Positions 23,423 to 35,933 of a DNA stretch of 64,000 nt are shown piece after piece. Made by a program: the position numbers and the translations under genes. Location: positions 101,742,001-101,806,000 of the forward strand of contig NC_043003.1 of the NCBI RefSeq assembly GCF_006345805.1, in the 5' to 3' direction. This DNA comes from Octopus sinensis. Lineage: Eukaryota. The notes beneath the pieces were generated by a model. The model ran no database searches. It saw only the letters and a program-made list of their open reading frames with translations, and was not told the origin of the DNA. Numbering within the stretch: position 1 is the first letter of the stretch; each line of letters starts with the position of its first letter.

Positions 23423-24839
23423 GACCAACAATATAAAAAAATTAAAAGGTAGATGCTTCACACAGCAAAAACAGGCACGGTTAAAATGTTGGCAGGTACT
23501 TGGGAGATTGAAATGAATACACACACATACCGACAGATTGACTCAATATAATTGTCAATCGATAGTTCTAGAAATGCAAATGAAGAAGACTAAAGTGAAT
23601 TCCATGCGGTCACAGGAAGAGAAAAAGAGTAGTTCCCATGCCTCGGTCACCCAAATCGAGATAATGTCTAACAACAAAAGAAGGAAAGGCCAGGAAGTTT
23701 AAACGATTACGAACATAAAATACACGCGCTCATAGCTACTTGTTGAAAGATGAGATCTCACAAGAATGGAGAGGATTATATTTTATACATACATGTATAC
23801 ACACACACAGGCTGGTTTATCTGGTTGACATCGCTTTGTCTCGACATAATTCGACTAAAAAGTATTTGTTCCCTGGGGTGGTAGCGGAAATAAATAAGTA
23901 TTATTGTTGCTAGATATGCGACTCAAGAAAATCCACAGACATTGGAGAATCAACAGGGATGATGATAATAATAATAATAATGATAAATAATAGCATACGT
24001 ACGTGTGTTAATGATCGGTTATTTATCCTGGAGATGTAAAAAGAAAGAGATAGAGTAAAATAAACTCACCAGACATTTGCTCTTGTCGGGTGATCTTATT
24101 TAGTATGACTCTCAAGTTTATAATTATATTATAATTACTACTATTACTATAAATATGGCTATTTACACCAGTAATAGTATAATTATTTCCAATCCAAGTT
24201 TAAGTAAAATTCCACAAAGTGTCTGTATAATGACAACGTTGACAGTTAAACATAAATGAACGAAGCAACATAAAGCGGGATTCGAACAGTTTAAACAATA
24301 CTATCTCGTTTAAGCTTTTTGCTTCCTCGGATTCCTTCGTTTTGTCGTTTTAATCTGCTTTCAAAAAACTTGAGAACTTTTTAGGAACATGTTTTTTAGG
24401 AACATAAAAACAGTATCAGATATGTATAACCATAACATTCATAAATGGTTTCACGAAGCACCTAGCGAAGATCCGGGTTTGACCAACGATTTGAAGAGAG
24501 CCAGGGGCAGGTAACTCTGGTACACTAAAACCTGCAAGTACTAGAGGCACATACTTCCTCGCTAAAACAGGCGCACAGAGGGAGGGAGGATTGTTGGCCT
24601 CTATGAGAGAGAAAGAGGTGGGAGGGGAGACAGGCTGTGGGGACAGAAACGCGGAGGCGGACAAATTGTCATGTTTTATAAAATTAGGATTTTTTTATTA
24701 GTCATAATTCTGAGAAATCAATGGCCCGTAGAAAAATGCATCAAAACGTATAGAAAGAGGCAAAGTTGTGAAGAATGAATTGGAAGCAGATAATTTTATG
24801 TCTAATAAAACTAATCGTGGTTCATAATTACGAGAAATC

Positions 24840-25330
24840 AGGAGCTTGTATAAAAAAGCATATGGATGCTCAGCTGAATTCATAGTAAAGGTTGCACCGC
24901 TGCCCTCCTTTGGCAGGGAGGGGGCAGGCAGTTTCTATTTGTCAGGTGGCTGTAGCGAAAGAGGTAGTATGATGGACTCGTCTGAAAAGGCTAAAGTCAG
25001 ACACTTTCCTCTTTGGCCAAGCCCTCATCAACTTCTTCAAGTTTCACTTGAAAAGGAAAGTGAGGGTGGAGAGGGAAGTGTTGCCTTGTAGCAAGTTTGT
25101 TGAAAGGTGGGTGAATGTTGAAAGAATGGCCAGTGTGAAAGGACCAATTCTGAGCATACACCTGTGAAGAAATAAAAGGGCCTTTGCCCTGTTGATCAGA
25201 CACCCGTGACTTTTGTGGGGTTTTTTCCACGAGGAACCTTAAAGCGCCCCTTCCACCTATTGGGGGATTTTATTATTGAATTATTATTGTTTTTTATTGT
25301 TTACACGCGTTAAAACCTTTTGTATCATCT
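24840..25330 (+). mobile_element. Tx1/L1-type LINE 3' fragment
   Basis: Translates ALINFFKFHLKRKVRVERE...ERWVNVERMASVKGPILSIHL*, homologous to the ORF2 C-termini at 27220 and 36186; followed by the matching 3' UTR. Confidence 0.8.
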
Positions 25331-25474
25331 TTTTGCGTGGGAAGTTGCTAATAAAAACGTCAACACTTTGTAGAACGACCGTGCGAAAAGGAGATGGTGA
25401 CGAATGAATGACTCCTTTAAACACCGCACGGTTGCCTTACAATAAAAGCCAAAATATGGATAAATGAATTCAAG

Positions 25475-26395
25475 TGCTAGAAAGGAATAAGGAGAAGACG
25501 ACACAACCGTAGTATGTTTAAGAGAAAGGCTTTATTCAGGTGTTGACATGTGGGTAGCAGAGTGTGTCTGTGTGTTCGTGAGTGCGACATAAGTACATAC
25601 ATAATAAGAATAACAGACAGGCCGTCAAGCATACAATAATGTGTATGTGTGTACAAACAAGGGTGTATGCGTGTGAGATAAAATACAGAGCATGGAGAGA
25701 GTCTATAACAGGATGCTAGAGGTTCAGACACAAGATGAAGATAATACCAGTTCATAGTAAGATACACAATAGTTGGAATTCTGTACAAGAGGTTGAGGTC
25801 ACAAGGCAGAAACAGTTACTACGCGTGTAGAGGTTGTGACTTCTATACTGTGCCGGGTTACTTGGTATAGAAGGTTCTCGCAGGTAGACTTGCTGTTAAC
25901 CATGGTGAAATATTCACAAACAGCATGAAGTTAAACCTAAGCGAGTTGCTGTGTATGTATTGATGTCGGTGGTGTCGTTAAGTTGAAGGCTACGGTGGTG
26001 GAGGCGACGTTAAGGTGAAAGCGATGTTAAGATGAAGGAGACTGTGGTGAAGGTCCGGAATACTGCTAGTGGTGTTGTCATGTCGCTGGAATTGGCTGAC
26101 TGTCGCTGGAACATGGCTGTGTCGCTGGGTGCTCTGTGGTCAGAGGTTAATCCTTAGAAGGACTAGAACCAAAGACGCGCGATTGGATGAATCGCTGTGT
26201 TTTATAGCAAATTGTAGGCTCCAGAAGATAATTTAGAAGACTGTGTCACAGGACTTTATCAGAAGGCTGCGATTGGTTGGGTCGCACATTGGCGCGAAAT
26301 AAAGAGACAAACTGCACCAAAACCAACCAATCAGAGTAGTGGACACAACAGGGCCCAAGCACCCGAAAGGTTAACTGTTATCTGCTACGTCCGCA
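25475..26395 (-). mobile_element. Putative solo LTR (~920 bp)
   Basis: TG...CA ends; on the minus strand CCAAT boxes (~26190-26330), TATAAA (~26205), then AATAAA (~25533); no coding remnant; no TSD found. Confidence 0.35.
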
Positions 26396-26845
26396 TATGT
26401 GTTATATATATCAGAGAGAGAGAGAGAGGATTGAATTTCACTAAGTGGTACGCTACAACTTTAATAATTGGACAGAATCATTAATCCAATAACCATGAAA
26501 TACCTCTGTGCAATAAAAGACAATAACACTCATCCTGTGTGAACAGCTTCATGTTCAAGATTTTATTCCGACGTGTGAGAAGTGAACGCGTACAGTGAGT
26601 ATACAATGTTCAATAAAGATTTCTGGGAAGAAGAAAGGTTTTGAGCAACTTGTCATATTCCCTGATGACTTTGAGTATACAGAAATAAACCAAGCTACGA
26701 AAATTACTTTCCACAGGCACTAGACGGTAGACCTTGTCGTGTGAAAGAAAAATGGTGAACACATACCGACACACAGTACAATTTTTTTTAGCAATTTCAA
26801 GTTTCATTTTGTATATATATGCGATCTGTATGTGTGTGTGTGCGA

Positions 26846-27040
26846 ATCCACAACAACAACAACAACAACAACAATAATAATAATATTAATAACAATAATA
26901 ATAATAATAATGGTAATAATAGTAATAATAATACTAACAATAATAATAATAATAACAACAACAACAACAACAACAACAATAATAATAATAATAATAATAA
27001 TATAATAATAATAATATAATAATAATAATAATAATTATAA
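26846..27040. repeat. (AAC)n/(AAT)n microsatellite abutting the Tx1 3' end
   Basis: Direct reading. Confidence 0.95.
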
Positions 27041-27219
27041 ATTCTGGTTTTATTGGCCACAAGGGCTAATATGAATCAAAAACATAAAAGGACAAACACA
27101 GGACGATAAAAACAAAGGGTTTTGCGAAAAGTTTGAAAGGTTACTCGTGGGAAAACCCATAAAAGCCAAGGGAGCCTGGTCAAACTTGGAGACCCTTCTT
27201 TTATATTTCTTTTTTTGTT

Positions 27220-30200
27220 TTACAGGTGTAACTTCAGAATTGGTCCGTTCATACTGGCCATTTTACCGACATTCACCCACGAGAAAGCACTTCCCTCTCT
27301 ACACTCACCTTCCTTTTCAATTGGAACTTGAAAAAGTTGATGAGGCCTTGCTCATATCACCTCTTTCGCTACAGTCACCAGACAAATGAAAATTGCCTTG
27401 CCCTCCCAGTTAAAGGTCAGCGGTGCAATCTTCTCTATGGATTGAGATGATAGCCGGATCCGTCCTAACCCACAGGTCAGCAATACTCGGGCACTGGACG
27501 AGCGCGTGCAGAACGGTTTCATCGCCCTGGGCGCACCTCGGGCAGGTTCAGTTGATTGCACTTCCGTGCCTGTAAAGTTTATGCCGAACAGGAAGCGCCC
27601 CTCGGTAGCACTGCCAGGCGAGGGGCCTTTGGAAGTTATCCATAGACCCCGGCCCAAAGTTCTTTCGAATAGACTTCTTAACTGATCATCGTCGACACCT
27701 AGAGTTTCCTCGAGGACGTCGTCGCACTTTTCCTCCACTAACCCTCTATAGAACGCTAGAGTGGAACTATTACCGATCGCATTGCCCGCCTGGCGGAGGG
27801 CGGTGGGAGCTTGACGGCACTCATGGTGCTAAGCGCCTTTCTCGGTCTGCGTTTGATCCATGATTGTAGCTAGGTCAAAGAGACGAGCTGCGGAAAGGTA
27901 CCTGACCTTTCCACAGAAGTCGAAGAGCAAGTGCGCCAGCTTGGCCAACCAGTGGTCGGAGCAAGGGACGACGGTCAATCGGTAATAGATGACGGATGCG
28001 ATGTACGCATTCACCACCTCCGCTCGACCTTTCAGGGACAGCTTCCTCTCGGCCTATTTTTGGGTTAGATTGGCCACCCTGCTCGTCACTTCGTCCCAGT
28101 TTTTCTCCACCTGGAGGTCCGGACCGAACCAGACCCCGAGCAGTTTAACGGGACCGTCTGTGCAGCGTCCTACGACGCTGTTGGACGCCATGGACTCCAG
28201 GTGCCCAGTTGCAAGCCTACTGACTTTTCCGCGTTAATTTTCGCACCTGTCACCGCTTCGTACTCGTTTAGCGTCTCGCCAATCAGGTCGATGTGCTTGT
28301 GGCTCGACACCATCACGGTGACGTCGTCAGCATAGGCAGACACGCTGATTCCACATCCCAGATCACGCGGGACACCCCTCAAAGCCTCCAATTTCCTCAG
28401 TAATGGCTCGAGAGTCAATACGTACAAGAAGGAGGACCGAACGCGAGATGTTGAACGGCTCCGAAAGATGACCGTTTATCCGTATGACCGAGCAGATGCC
28501 GCTGTATAAAGTAGCGATCCACCTGCAGAAGACCAGACCGAAACCGGCTGCCTTCAGAACAGCTGCCAGGTATCGATGGTCGATCCTATAGAAGGTTTTA
28601 GACTGAACTAAATTGATCAAAACCCCACCCGCGCCAGCTTCGTTACCCACCCTCTCTATGATGTAGCACATGAGATGGAGGTTATCGTGGATAGACATGG
28701 TCGGCACGGCGCATGTCTGCGCCTTGCCAATCAGCTTGTCCACGACAAGTGCCAACCTCTTAGCTAGCATCTTGGCCAGAATCTTTCACTCTGCCTTGAG
28801 CAGAGTGATGGGCCTAAAGTTCCCTATAACGTCCCCCTTGTTTGGGTCCTTTCTCAGCAAAGCCACCACCTCTCGACAGACAAAAGCAGGAATTCTTCCG
28901 TTTTGTTGCCAGTTGCAGTAGACTTCCGCCAAGAGGCCCACAAACAAGTCTGGCATTGAAGTGTAAAACTCGTAGGGCAGACCATCCAAACCCGGCGATC
29001 TACCTCTCGTTCAGCTTTTCATCGCTTCTTTTACTTCCCAGGCAGTTATCGGTCTTTCGCAGCGTTCTGCCTCGCTGGCCGAGACTCGCGGCAGGCCGTC
29101 CAGGTACATACCGAAGTCTGTCCCGTTGTCTGTCCCACCGCTCGTCCCGAACAGTCGAGCAAAGTGCTCTGAAAGACCGCATACATACCTCGCGTCCGCT
29201 CTGGTCCACTAAAGACCGAACGGTCGCTCTACTATCACGCTTCACCTCTGGTACGCGGGCCATTCGAGAGGCCTTAGTCCCAACCCCGCTTACCGAACGT
29301 GCCTTAGCTCTGACAACGCAGCCTTCGTGTTTGGCGTCGAAGTATTGGTCGAGGGCCAACACGTCAGTTGCGATGCCTGTCCTAAGAGCCTTGTCTAGTT
29401 TTCTAACTAAATCCCGTTCTGTTTTCTTTCGTTCTACAGCTAGAGTCTTACTAAACCTAATCGATTCTGCTCTAATTGCCCTCTTGAGGGCAAACCACCA
29501 GGTGTTATTGATGATTGCCTCCGTTAACCCCCGCTTAACTAATAAACTAATCCGGTCTCTAAGCTTTGCACGCCATTAACGACGCGTTTAGCCTCCAGTA
29601 ACCGGGACCCTCGACCATACAGATCACGAACTTGTGGTCTGTGTAGCCGACTACATGGAATTGTGGACACCCTAAGCTGTCCTTATCAGCTGGCCTACGG
29701 TACGATCTAGACGACCCGATGCGATTAGTCCAAGTCCACATTGGCACATTCGGGTTGTCTAGTCGATACCTGTCAGACAGCTAAAAGCGTCTGAGCAGAT
29801 TAGTGAGGCTCTTGCACCCCCTCTCCTATCAGATGCTCCCACGCCCATCCGACGAAACGTTCGTCTAAGACAGCGTTCCAATCACCAGCTAGCACTAAAG
29901 TGCAAGACGTGCCCAGGAAAACCTCCAGACACTTGAAATAATCTGACTGCCCTGCTCCTGTCGGAGCGTAAGCAGCCAGCAGTCTGAAGGCACCACCGTT
30001 ACTACTGTCCACGTCCAGGACTACCAACTTACCCTCTGGATCCAGGAAGACTGCCTTTATTTTCAAATTTAGGCCTTTCCGAAATAGCACCGCAGCACCA
30101 CCACTGCCTGCTCTCGGCCGACATGGAGATAGAAAAATCTCGTATTCGCGGGAAAAGGGCTGCTAGTTCCCGCGGGTCAGAGAGCCTGGTTTTGCTAATG

Positions 30201-30290
30201 GCTGCTACATTCACGCTATAAGACCTCAGGTTGTTTAAGAGGTGACCCTGTTTCCATTTATGCTACCGATTCTGAGCACGACTATGTTCC
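27220..30290 (-). pseudogene. Tx1 ORF2 (APE, RT, C-terminal zinc finger), degenerate
   Basis: LRIGSIN, AAISKTR, AAYAP, LAGDWN, TDH, GPGYWRLN; DGLPYEFY, NFRPITLL, SAYADDV; CPRC...ETVLHALVQC. Confidence 0.88.
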
Positions 30291-30299
30291 AAAAAGATT

Positions 30300-31081
30300 T
30301 ATGCAGGAGAAAAAAAGTTCTACTTACCGCCGATGTCTGGTGGGGTGCGCTTTTGTGTGGGTATTTCCACCAGATTTTTATAAAGTTTATTTGTGAAACT
30401 TTTTCCAAGCGACCCAACATCGTTCGGAATTTTTTTTTATTATTTTCTCGTAGTTTTCATTAGATATTTTAAATGTAAGTATGTGTGCTGATGATGTGTT
30501 GTGTGTGGATATGACAAAATCTGATATTTTCGTGTCTGTATTTTCTTTCATGTGACTAGGTGTTCATTGTTTGTGTTTATTGCTGTAACATTGGTATTGG
30601 TGGTGGTGGTGTCGGTGTGTGTTGGTGCTTGCAGTGGTAGTGTTGGAGAAGGTGTTGTTGGATGTTGTGAGTGCATATTGTTGCTGTTGTTGTTGAGAAG
30701 CTCTAGTTTCTCGCGCCTCCCCACTTTGACTTGTCTCTACTTTTCTTTCGTTTCTTTTTCGGTGGTACTGTGTGTCACTCCCCTTTCTCGCTATCAGTGC
30801 TCGCACTATCCGAGCTGATTTGGTCGGGAAAAGGGATGTCCTAGGGGTCCATTATATTGTTTTGTGATGCAGTTTCATCTGTTGTTTTTTGTTGGTGTTT
30901 TTGCTGTCGAAAACGGTGTTATTGTCGTTGTTGGTGGTGATGGTAGTATTGTTTTGCTTGGTGTCATCGTTGTTGGTCTGGTGATGGTTGGAGGTGGTGT
31001 CGCTTTTGGTGGTGGTGGCGTTGGTAGTCCGGAAACTTTCGGTTTTTGTTTCCGCTGAATCTCCTGTTGTTGTTGTTGTTG

Positions 31082-31112
<31 letters not shown>

Positions 31113-31281
31113 ACTGGAGATGTTTCTGACGACTTCTTTTTCCTCTCCGCCTCCATTCTTTCCTTACAAATGGGGCAATCCATTTTTAAGTGCTTTTCGC
31201 AGCTGCAGAGGTAGCGCTTTGGTCTTTGCCCCTCTACAGCAACGTGTAGCCTTGTGCCGTCCGGCAAATTTATAGAGTCGG
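30300..31281 (-). pseudogene. Tx1 ORF1, 3' part (mutated CCHC knuckle, poly-Q and T/P-rich tail)
   Basis: DSINLPDGTRLHVAVEGQRPK(R)YLCSCEKHLKMDCP = C-x2-C-x4-H-x4-C with the first Cys codon read as CGC. Confidence 0.7.
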
Positions 31282-31395
31282 TGTTATGCATTGTTTTGTT
31301 TGTGATGGGATGATAGACAACTCAATGAAGGCATTATTATTGTTTTACGTGTTTATTTACTTTATCTGTTACACGGACTGTCAACATACCAGCGG
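31282..31395 (-). repeat. Probable U5 end of the Gypsy 3' LTR
   Basis: Non-coding segment after TDH, with AATAAA and terminal ATAACA (TGTTAT on plus), a typical Gypsy LTR end. Confidence 0.55.
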
Positions 31396-33910
31396 AGTGA
31401 TGGTCTGTTTCAATATTGAAATGTCTGCCATACAGGTATGTATGGAACTTTTCCCATCCATCCACTACTGCCAGGAGTTCCCTTTCAATATTTGCGTTCC
31501 TTGTCTCTGTGGGTGAGAGAGCTTTCGAGGCATATGCAATGGGTTTACCTTCCTGTATCAGTGCTGCGCCAACTCCTCTCATAGAAGCATCAACTTGGAG
31601 TATTACTGGTTTGCGTCTGTCATAGTACTGCAGAATTGTCTTCTTACTGATGAGCTTTTTGATTGCTTTGAAATCCTGTGTGTGAAGCACACCAATCAAA
31701 CTCTACGTCATCTTTGTTTAGTTCTCGGAGATTTGCAGTGTGATCGGCCAGCTTGGGTATGAGGGCTTCCATGTAGTGGATGAGTCCCAGGAAGCTCCTG
31801 AGTTCCTTCTTGTCTTTTGGTTCTTTGATGTCTCTGATGGCTTCCACTTTAGCGGGGTCTGGTTTAACTCCCTCTGCAGAGAATATAATTCCAAAGAATT
31901 TGCACTCCTTTGCTTTTGTCACACACTTGTCTGCATTGAGTTTGATACCTGCTTGTCGGGTTTTCTCCATGGCTTCATGTAAATTGAAGTCATGTGTGAT
32001 CTCATCCTTGCCATGCACTTGGATGTCATCTGCTATCCAAATTGCTCCCTTGCAGCCTTGGTAGGTCTCATCTATTTGGCGCTGGAAAACATCTTGGCTC
32101 ACCTTCAATCCAAATGGGAGTCGGTTGAATCGATATCTGCCAAATGGTGTGTTGAAGGTAGTGAGCATGGGTGACTCTTTGTCTATCTTTACATTCCAGT
32201 ACCCATTACTGGCATCCAGTTTGCTGAATAACTTGAATCCAGCTAATGATGGTGTGATTTCTTCAAGGGTTGGAATTGGATGGTACTCTCTTTTTAATGC
32301 CTTCTTCAGGTCCTTTGGGTCGAGGCATATCCGTAGGGTACCATTGGGTTTTTCTTTGATTACAATTGAATTCACCCAGTCCGTTGGTTGTGTCACTTTG
32401 GTGATTATTTCTTTTTTTTTCCATCTTGTCCAACTCTGCCTTCAGCTTCTCTTTTAATTCTAGAGGAACGCGGCGAGGTGGGTGAACAATTGGTTTGGCA
32501 TTGGGGTCGACTGTTATATGGCATCGACATTTCACAAAGCACCCGACTATATCATCAAAGCATTCAGGGTACATGCTTACCAGTTCTTCTTTATTTGTGA
32601 TTGGTGGTCGGTCTTTGATAGGCATATCTGTCAATCCTGCTCGGCGCTGCCTTCACTTCACCATTGATTGACACAATATTAAGCTTTTGACAGGTATTAA
32701 GTCCGAGAATTGCTGGTCCTTTTGTTCTTGCGACATAAAAAGAACACTTGATTGTTTCCCCTTTGTGTGTTCCTGTGATTGTTGTTTTGCCCAGTTGTGG
32801 AATCCTGGTACCGCCGTACGCAGTGTGGATTACATCACTTGGTGTGAGGATTCCTTCTTTGACTTTATCCTCTTGTGTCATGTGTTCTGGGAATATCTTT
32901 TTGTAGAGGTTGTCAGGCAAGATATCACTCTGGGCTCCGGTGTCAATCTTTAGCCTTAAGTCAATGTTCATTCGTTTCTTGCCAGACTTCTTTTGTATTT
33001 GTATCGTTGTGTATGCCTCATTTTTTTTCTTCTGGTCGTCATTTCCCATCTCATGCACATTTATTGTGCCGACTGCCAAGAATTCTTCCTCTGAAGTGTT
33101 TTGTTCCTGTTGTTGGGCATGTATATTTCTTTGTCTTCTCTTTCCGCTCCTCTTTGAAAATTGGGGCTTGTATTTCTGAGATTTTGTTAGTCTACACATT
33201 TTTTCCCAGTGGTTGGGTTTTCCACATGCTTTGCAGTGTGTACCGAATGCTGGACATTTCTTCCGGTTATTGAACTCGTGCTCCGTACCACAGTACTGGC
33301 ATATTCTTTGTTTGTGGGTATGTTTCGTCCTATGTCTAGATACAATATCTACACTGCTGCCTAGTGTGTTTTTTTGTAGAGTGAGGCCATTTGTTTAGTA
33401 GTGGCTTCGAGTGTTCTTGCAGTGTCTACTGCTTCTATCAACTGGAGAGCGTCCTTACCTATGGGGGATTTCTGGACTTCTTTATGAGCACACCCCCATA
33501 ATAGTTGATCAACAATTCTTTCGTCCTTGTCTTTGAATTTGCATTTTTCGGCAACATCCTTTAGTCTGGACAGGAAATTGTCAATCGTTTCTTGTGGGTC
33601 TTGTTTCAGGCCCTGGAATTCGTATCTATGAATTCTATGGTTTGATCTGAGCTCTAGGTACCTTTCAAATTTCTCTAAAAGTGTGTCTGGGTTATTGCAA
33701 TCCGATTCTGACATGTCCCAGCTATTGAATAGGTCTAGACCCTCTTCTCCCGTCCATAAAAGGATGTAGCTTACCTTTTCATCGGCAGTTGTACCTTTCA
33801 GGAAGCTTTTGAAAGCCAGTTGAGTTTCTCTTTGAATTTCTTGAACGCTTCCACGATATCGTCGGCATTCCATGTAAATTCATCTGTATGGCGACGGGGG
33901 TCCCCATTTT
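31337..33910 (-). pseudogene. gag-pol: Gypsy gag-pro-RT-RNase H, frameshifted, truncated before integrase
   Basis: gag with CKACGKPNHWEKMC knuckle; protease IDTGA; RT LRICLDP, KLDASNGYW, RLPFGL, IADDI; RNase H VDAS..GVGAAL, AYAS, IERELLAV, ETDH. Confidence 0.92.
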
Positions 33911-34019
33911 GGATCCTCGTGTGTGTGTGTCCGAAGACGAAGCGATGTTTAGTTTGTTAAATTTCTGGTTCGTTGTGTTCCTGTCTTGTTGTAAAGGCAC
34001 AGTTTCCGATTAGTTATTT

Positions 34020-34032
34020 ACCGCTGCCACCA
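34020..34032 (-). promoter_or_regulatory. Primer-binding site complementary to a tRNA-Leu 3' end
   Basis: TGGTGGCAGCGGT pairs with ...ACCGCTGCCACCA, the 3' end of metazoan tRNA-Leu(AAG/TAG) as I recall it. Confidence 0.75.
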
Positions 34033-34948
34033 GGGTATGGCATTTATGCTTTCTAAGTCAATTTGAACACGGAACTGCATACTGATACCCAACCAGTTTT
34101 GGCCGTGCAATTTGTGTATTTCCAAAGTAGTGGTATTGTCTTCTATGTCGAAGAGAACAGCTGCCACTAGCTAGCATATATTCAGTTCGGGCGGCACTTG
34201 CTCAAATTTTATTTTGGTTACGCGCCGACCAAGGTATGTCGGCACGAGTAGCAAGTCTTCAGTTTTCAAAGGTGTCGTAGAATGCTCCTTTTTGCATCCC
34301 CTTCAATTGGGAAGCGAACTTCTACTGTTCCAAATCGCTTGGTGACGAAGGACTTTCTGCCCCATATGGGCTTCAGTGCTATCTCCAATTACTGTGGAGT
34401 GGCCCCTTCAATTTTTTATGTTTCACATTGAATATTTTATATATCATTGTCCTTTTGTTGGTCTGTTGTATGAGTTGTAGTGGAATGTTAAGGAAGACAT
34501 TGTTCCCATCTTTCCTTAACAACTCCTTTGCACATTTTATTTCATCCATTGTAACTTTGATTTCCTCTGAGATTTGCTTAGCTGTGGATGCGAAACCGTT
34601 ACAATGGGTTTTGTAGGTGGTGTTGTTGGTGTTGGCTTTTGCGGTATTTGTGTTATTTCTCTCTTCCTCCTTCTCTGGTATAGGAGCAATAGTGGTGGTG
34701 AGAGCAGGGAAATGTAGATTCAAAAGGCGGTCCAAAGAACAGCTTTCATTTTCATCAGTAGCGCTGCACGAGGTGGAAAGCTGATTGTCTTTAACTTCAT
34801 TGCATTTTAAGGCGAGAATCGGTTGGAGCGTGTTATCATTTGACGTCCAACTTGACTTGTCGTCCGTTTGCAGGGGGTGTGGTGGACAAAGAAGGGAACA
34901 GCTTACTGTTCTCTTCGAAGACATTTTGACAAAATTGAAAACTTTCAA
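34033..34948 (-). pseudogene. Tx1 ORF1, 5' part
   Basis: ORF 34379-34948 continues (with stops) into LVPTYLGRRVTKIKFEQVPPE...LVAAV...QNWLG, homologous to the ORF1 remnants at ~36800 and ~41500. Confidence 0.65.
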
Positions 34949-35159
34949 TGTAAAATTTCAAATTTTAAAACGAAAATTTCGCCCCTAAAAGGGGGAAATT
35001 CCTTCTAACTGACTAGCTCCGCAAGAACCTAGTCGGCTTGGCTACATGAATATTCACGAATATACAAATGTTACACAATATTTCCAATAAAAATTGGCCA
35101 AAAACTTACAGCTTCTGGAGAACGTCTGTCCGCTTTGAAAACAACAACAACAACAATAA

Positions 35160-35585
35160 CAACACAGCAGAAGAAGAAGTGGAAAAAGTTTGGAAAGAAA
35201 TATGGTCGGCTAAGAAACAACTTCCAAAGATCTTTCAAAATAACAAACACAGCTCCTGTAACAACAGAAGATGTCATCCAGGCACTGTAAAAACTAATAT
35301 AGTCCTGAAATATTGGGGGAGAGGGTACTGATAAACATTGCAATCCATTCTGAACAAAATATTGTTAAAAAAGAAGTGGAGAAATTGTCAAAGTACGAAA
35401 TTGAAGAATTCAAAATGTGGAGCATGAAGGTAAAAACAATAGCAATAATAATTGGAGCATTGGGCACGATAAAAAAAAACATATGAACAAAAGCTATACT
35501 TGGATCCTCAATACTACACACTGTTAAAAAATTAGCCCTGCTATGGACAGTCCACATCCTATGCAAGACACTAGCAATCCTATAA
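35160..35585 (+). mobile_element. Heavily deleted R4/Dong-like (RLE-type) non-LTR retrotransposon remnant
   Basis: EKVWKEIW, then LINIAIHSEQNIVKKEVEKLSKY...MW.MK...IIIGALGTI...KLALLWTVHILCKTL, typical of the restriction-like endonuclease C-terminus. Confidence 0.6.
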
Positions 35586-35891
35586 TACAGCCTAAACAAA
35601 ACAACCCACAACTACAAGACACACTCTATACATCATTTACCCAGTGAAATAAACACCCATCAGAAAGCTAGAAAGCCAAAGCATTATACACTCAACACAC
35701 AATACAAGCAGTTACATAACAAAAGACAGCACCACACCTCAAGGAAAAGCTAACACAATACAGTACTGGAAAGAGTCTACACATTCTCAGGAGAAGAAAA
35801 GAACACACAATGTTGCACACACCCCAGCAACACGGAGGTGTAGCAGGTGATGCAGTAGAAATTTGCTTCAATCTATCAAATATTGAACAGT

Positions 35892-35927
<36 letters not shown>

Positions 35928-35933
<6 letters not shown>

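Larger units (their letters stand above)
31282..34032 (-). mobile_element. Ty3/Gypsy (Mag-like) LTR retrotransposon fragment lacking a 5' LTR and integrase
   Basis: Begins with PBS TGGTGGCAGCGGT; gag, protease, RT and RNase H; then ~110 bp with AATAAA ending ...ATAACA. Confidence 0.9.
27040..35050 (-). mobile_element. Near-full-length Tx1/L1-type LINE (ORF1 + ORF2) interrupted by a Gypsy insertion at 31282-34032
   Basis: 3' UTR with AATAAA next to (ATT)n; ORF2 APE-RT-CCHC; ORF1 halves join as ...INAIP|DSINLPDG... across the insertion. Confidence 0.85.

Noticed and set aside
24060-24085. Minus-strand ATGTCTG|GTGAGT as a possible first coding exon (also AG|GTGAGT near 44088 on plus)
   Set aside because: GTGAGT is expected many times by chance in 64 kb, and I found no downstream exon.
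24416-24664. 82-aa ORF in apparently unique sequence
   Set aside because: No recognisable domain or splice support; length compatible with chance.
26615-26725. Short coding-looking peptide ISGKKKGFEQLVIFPDDFEYTEINQ
   Set aside because: No acceptor site, flanked by stops, and no family recognised.
28842-29579. 245-aa plus-strand ORF
   Set aside because: Antisense shadow of the GC-rich Tx1 ORF2.
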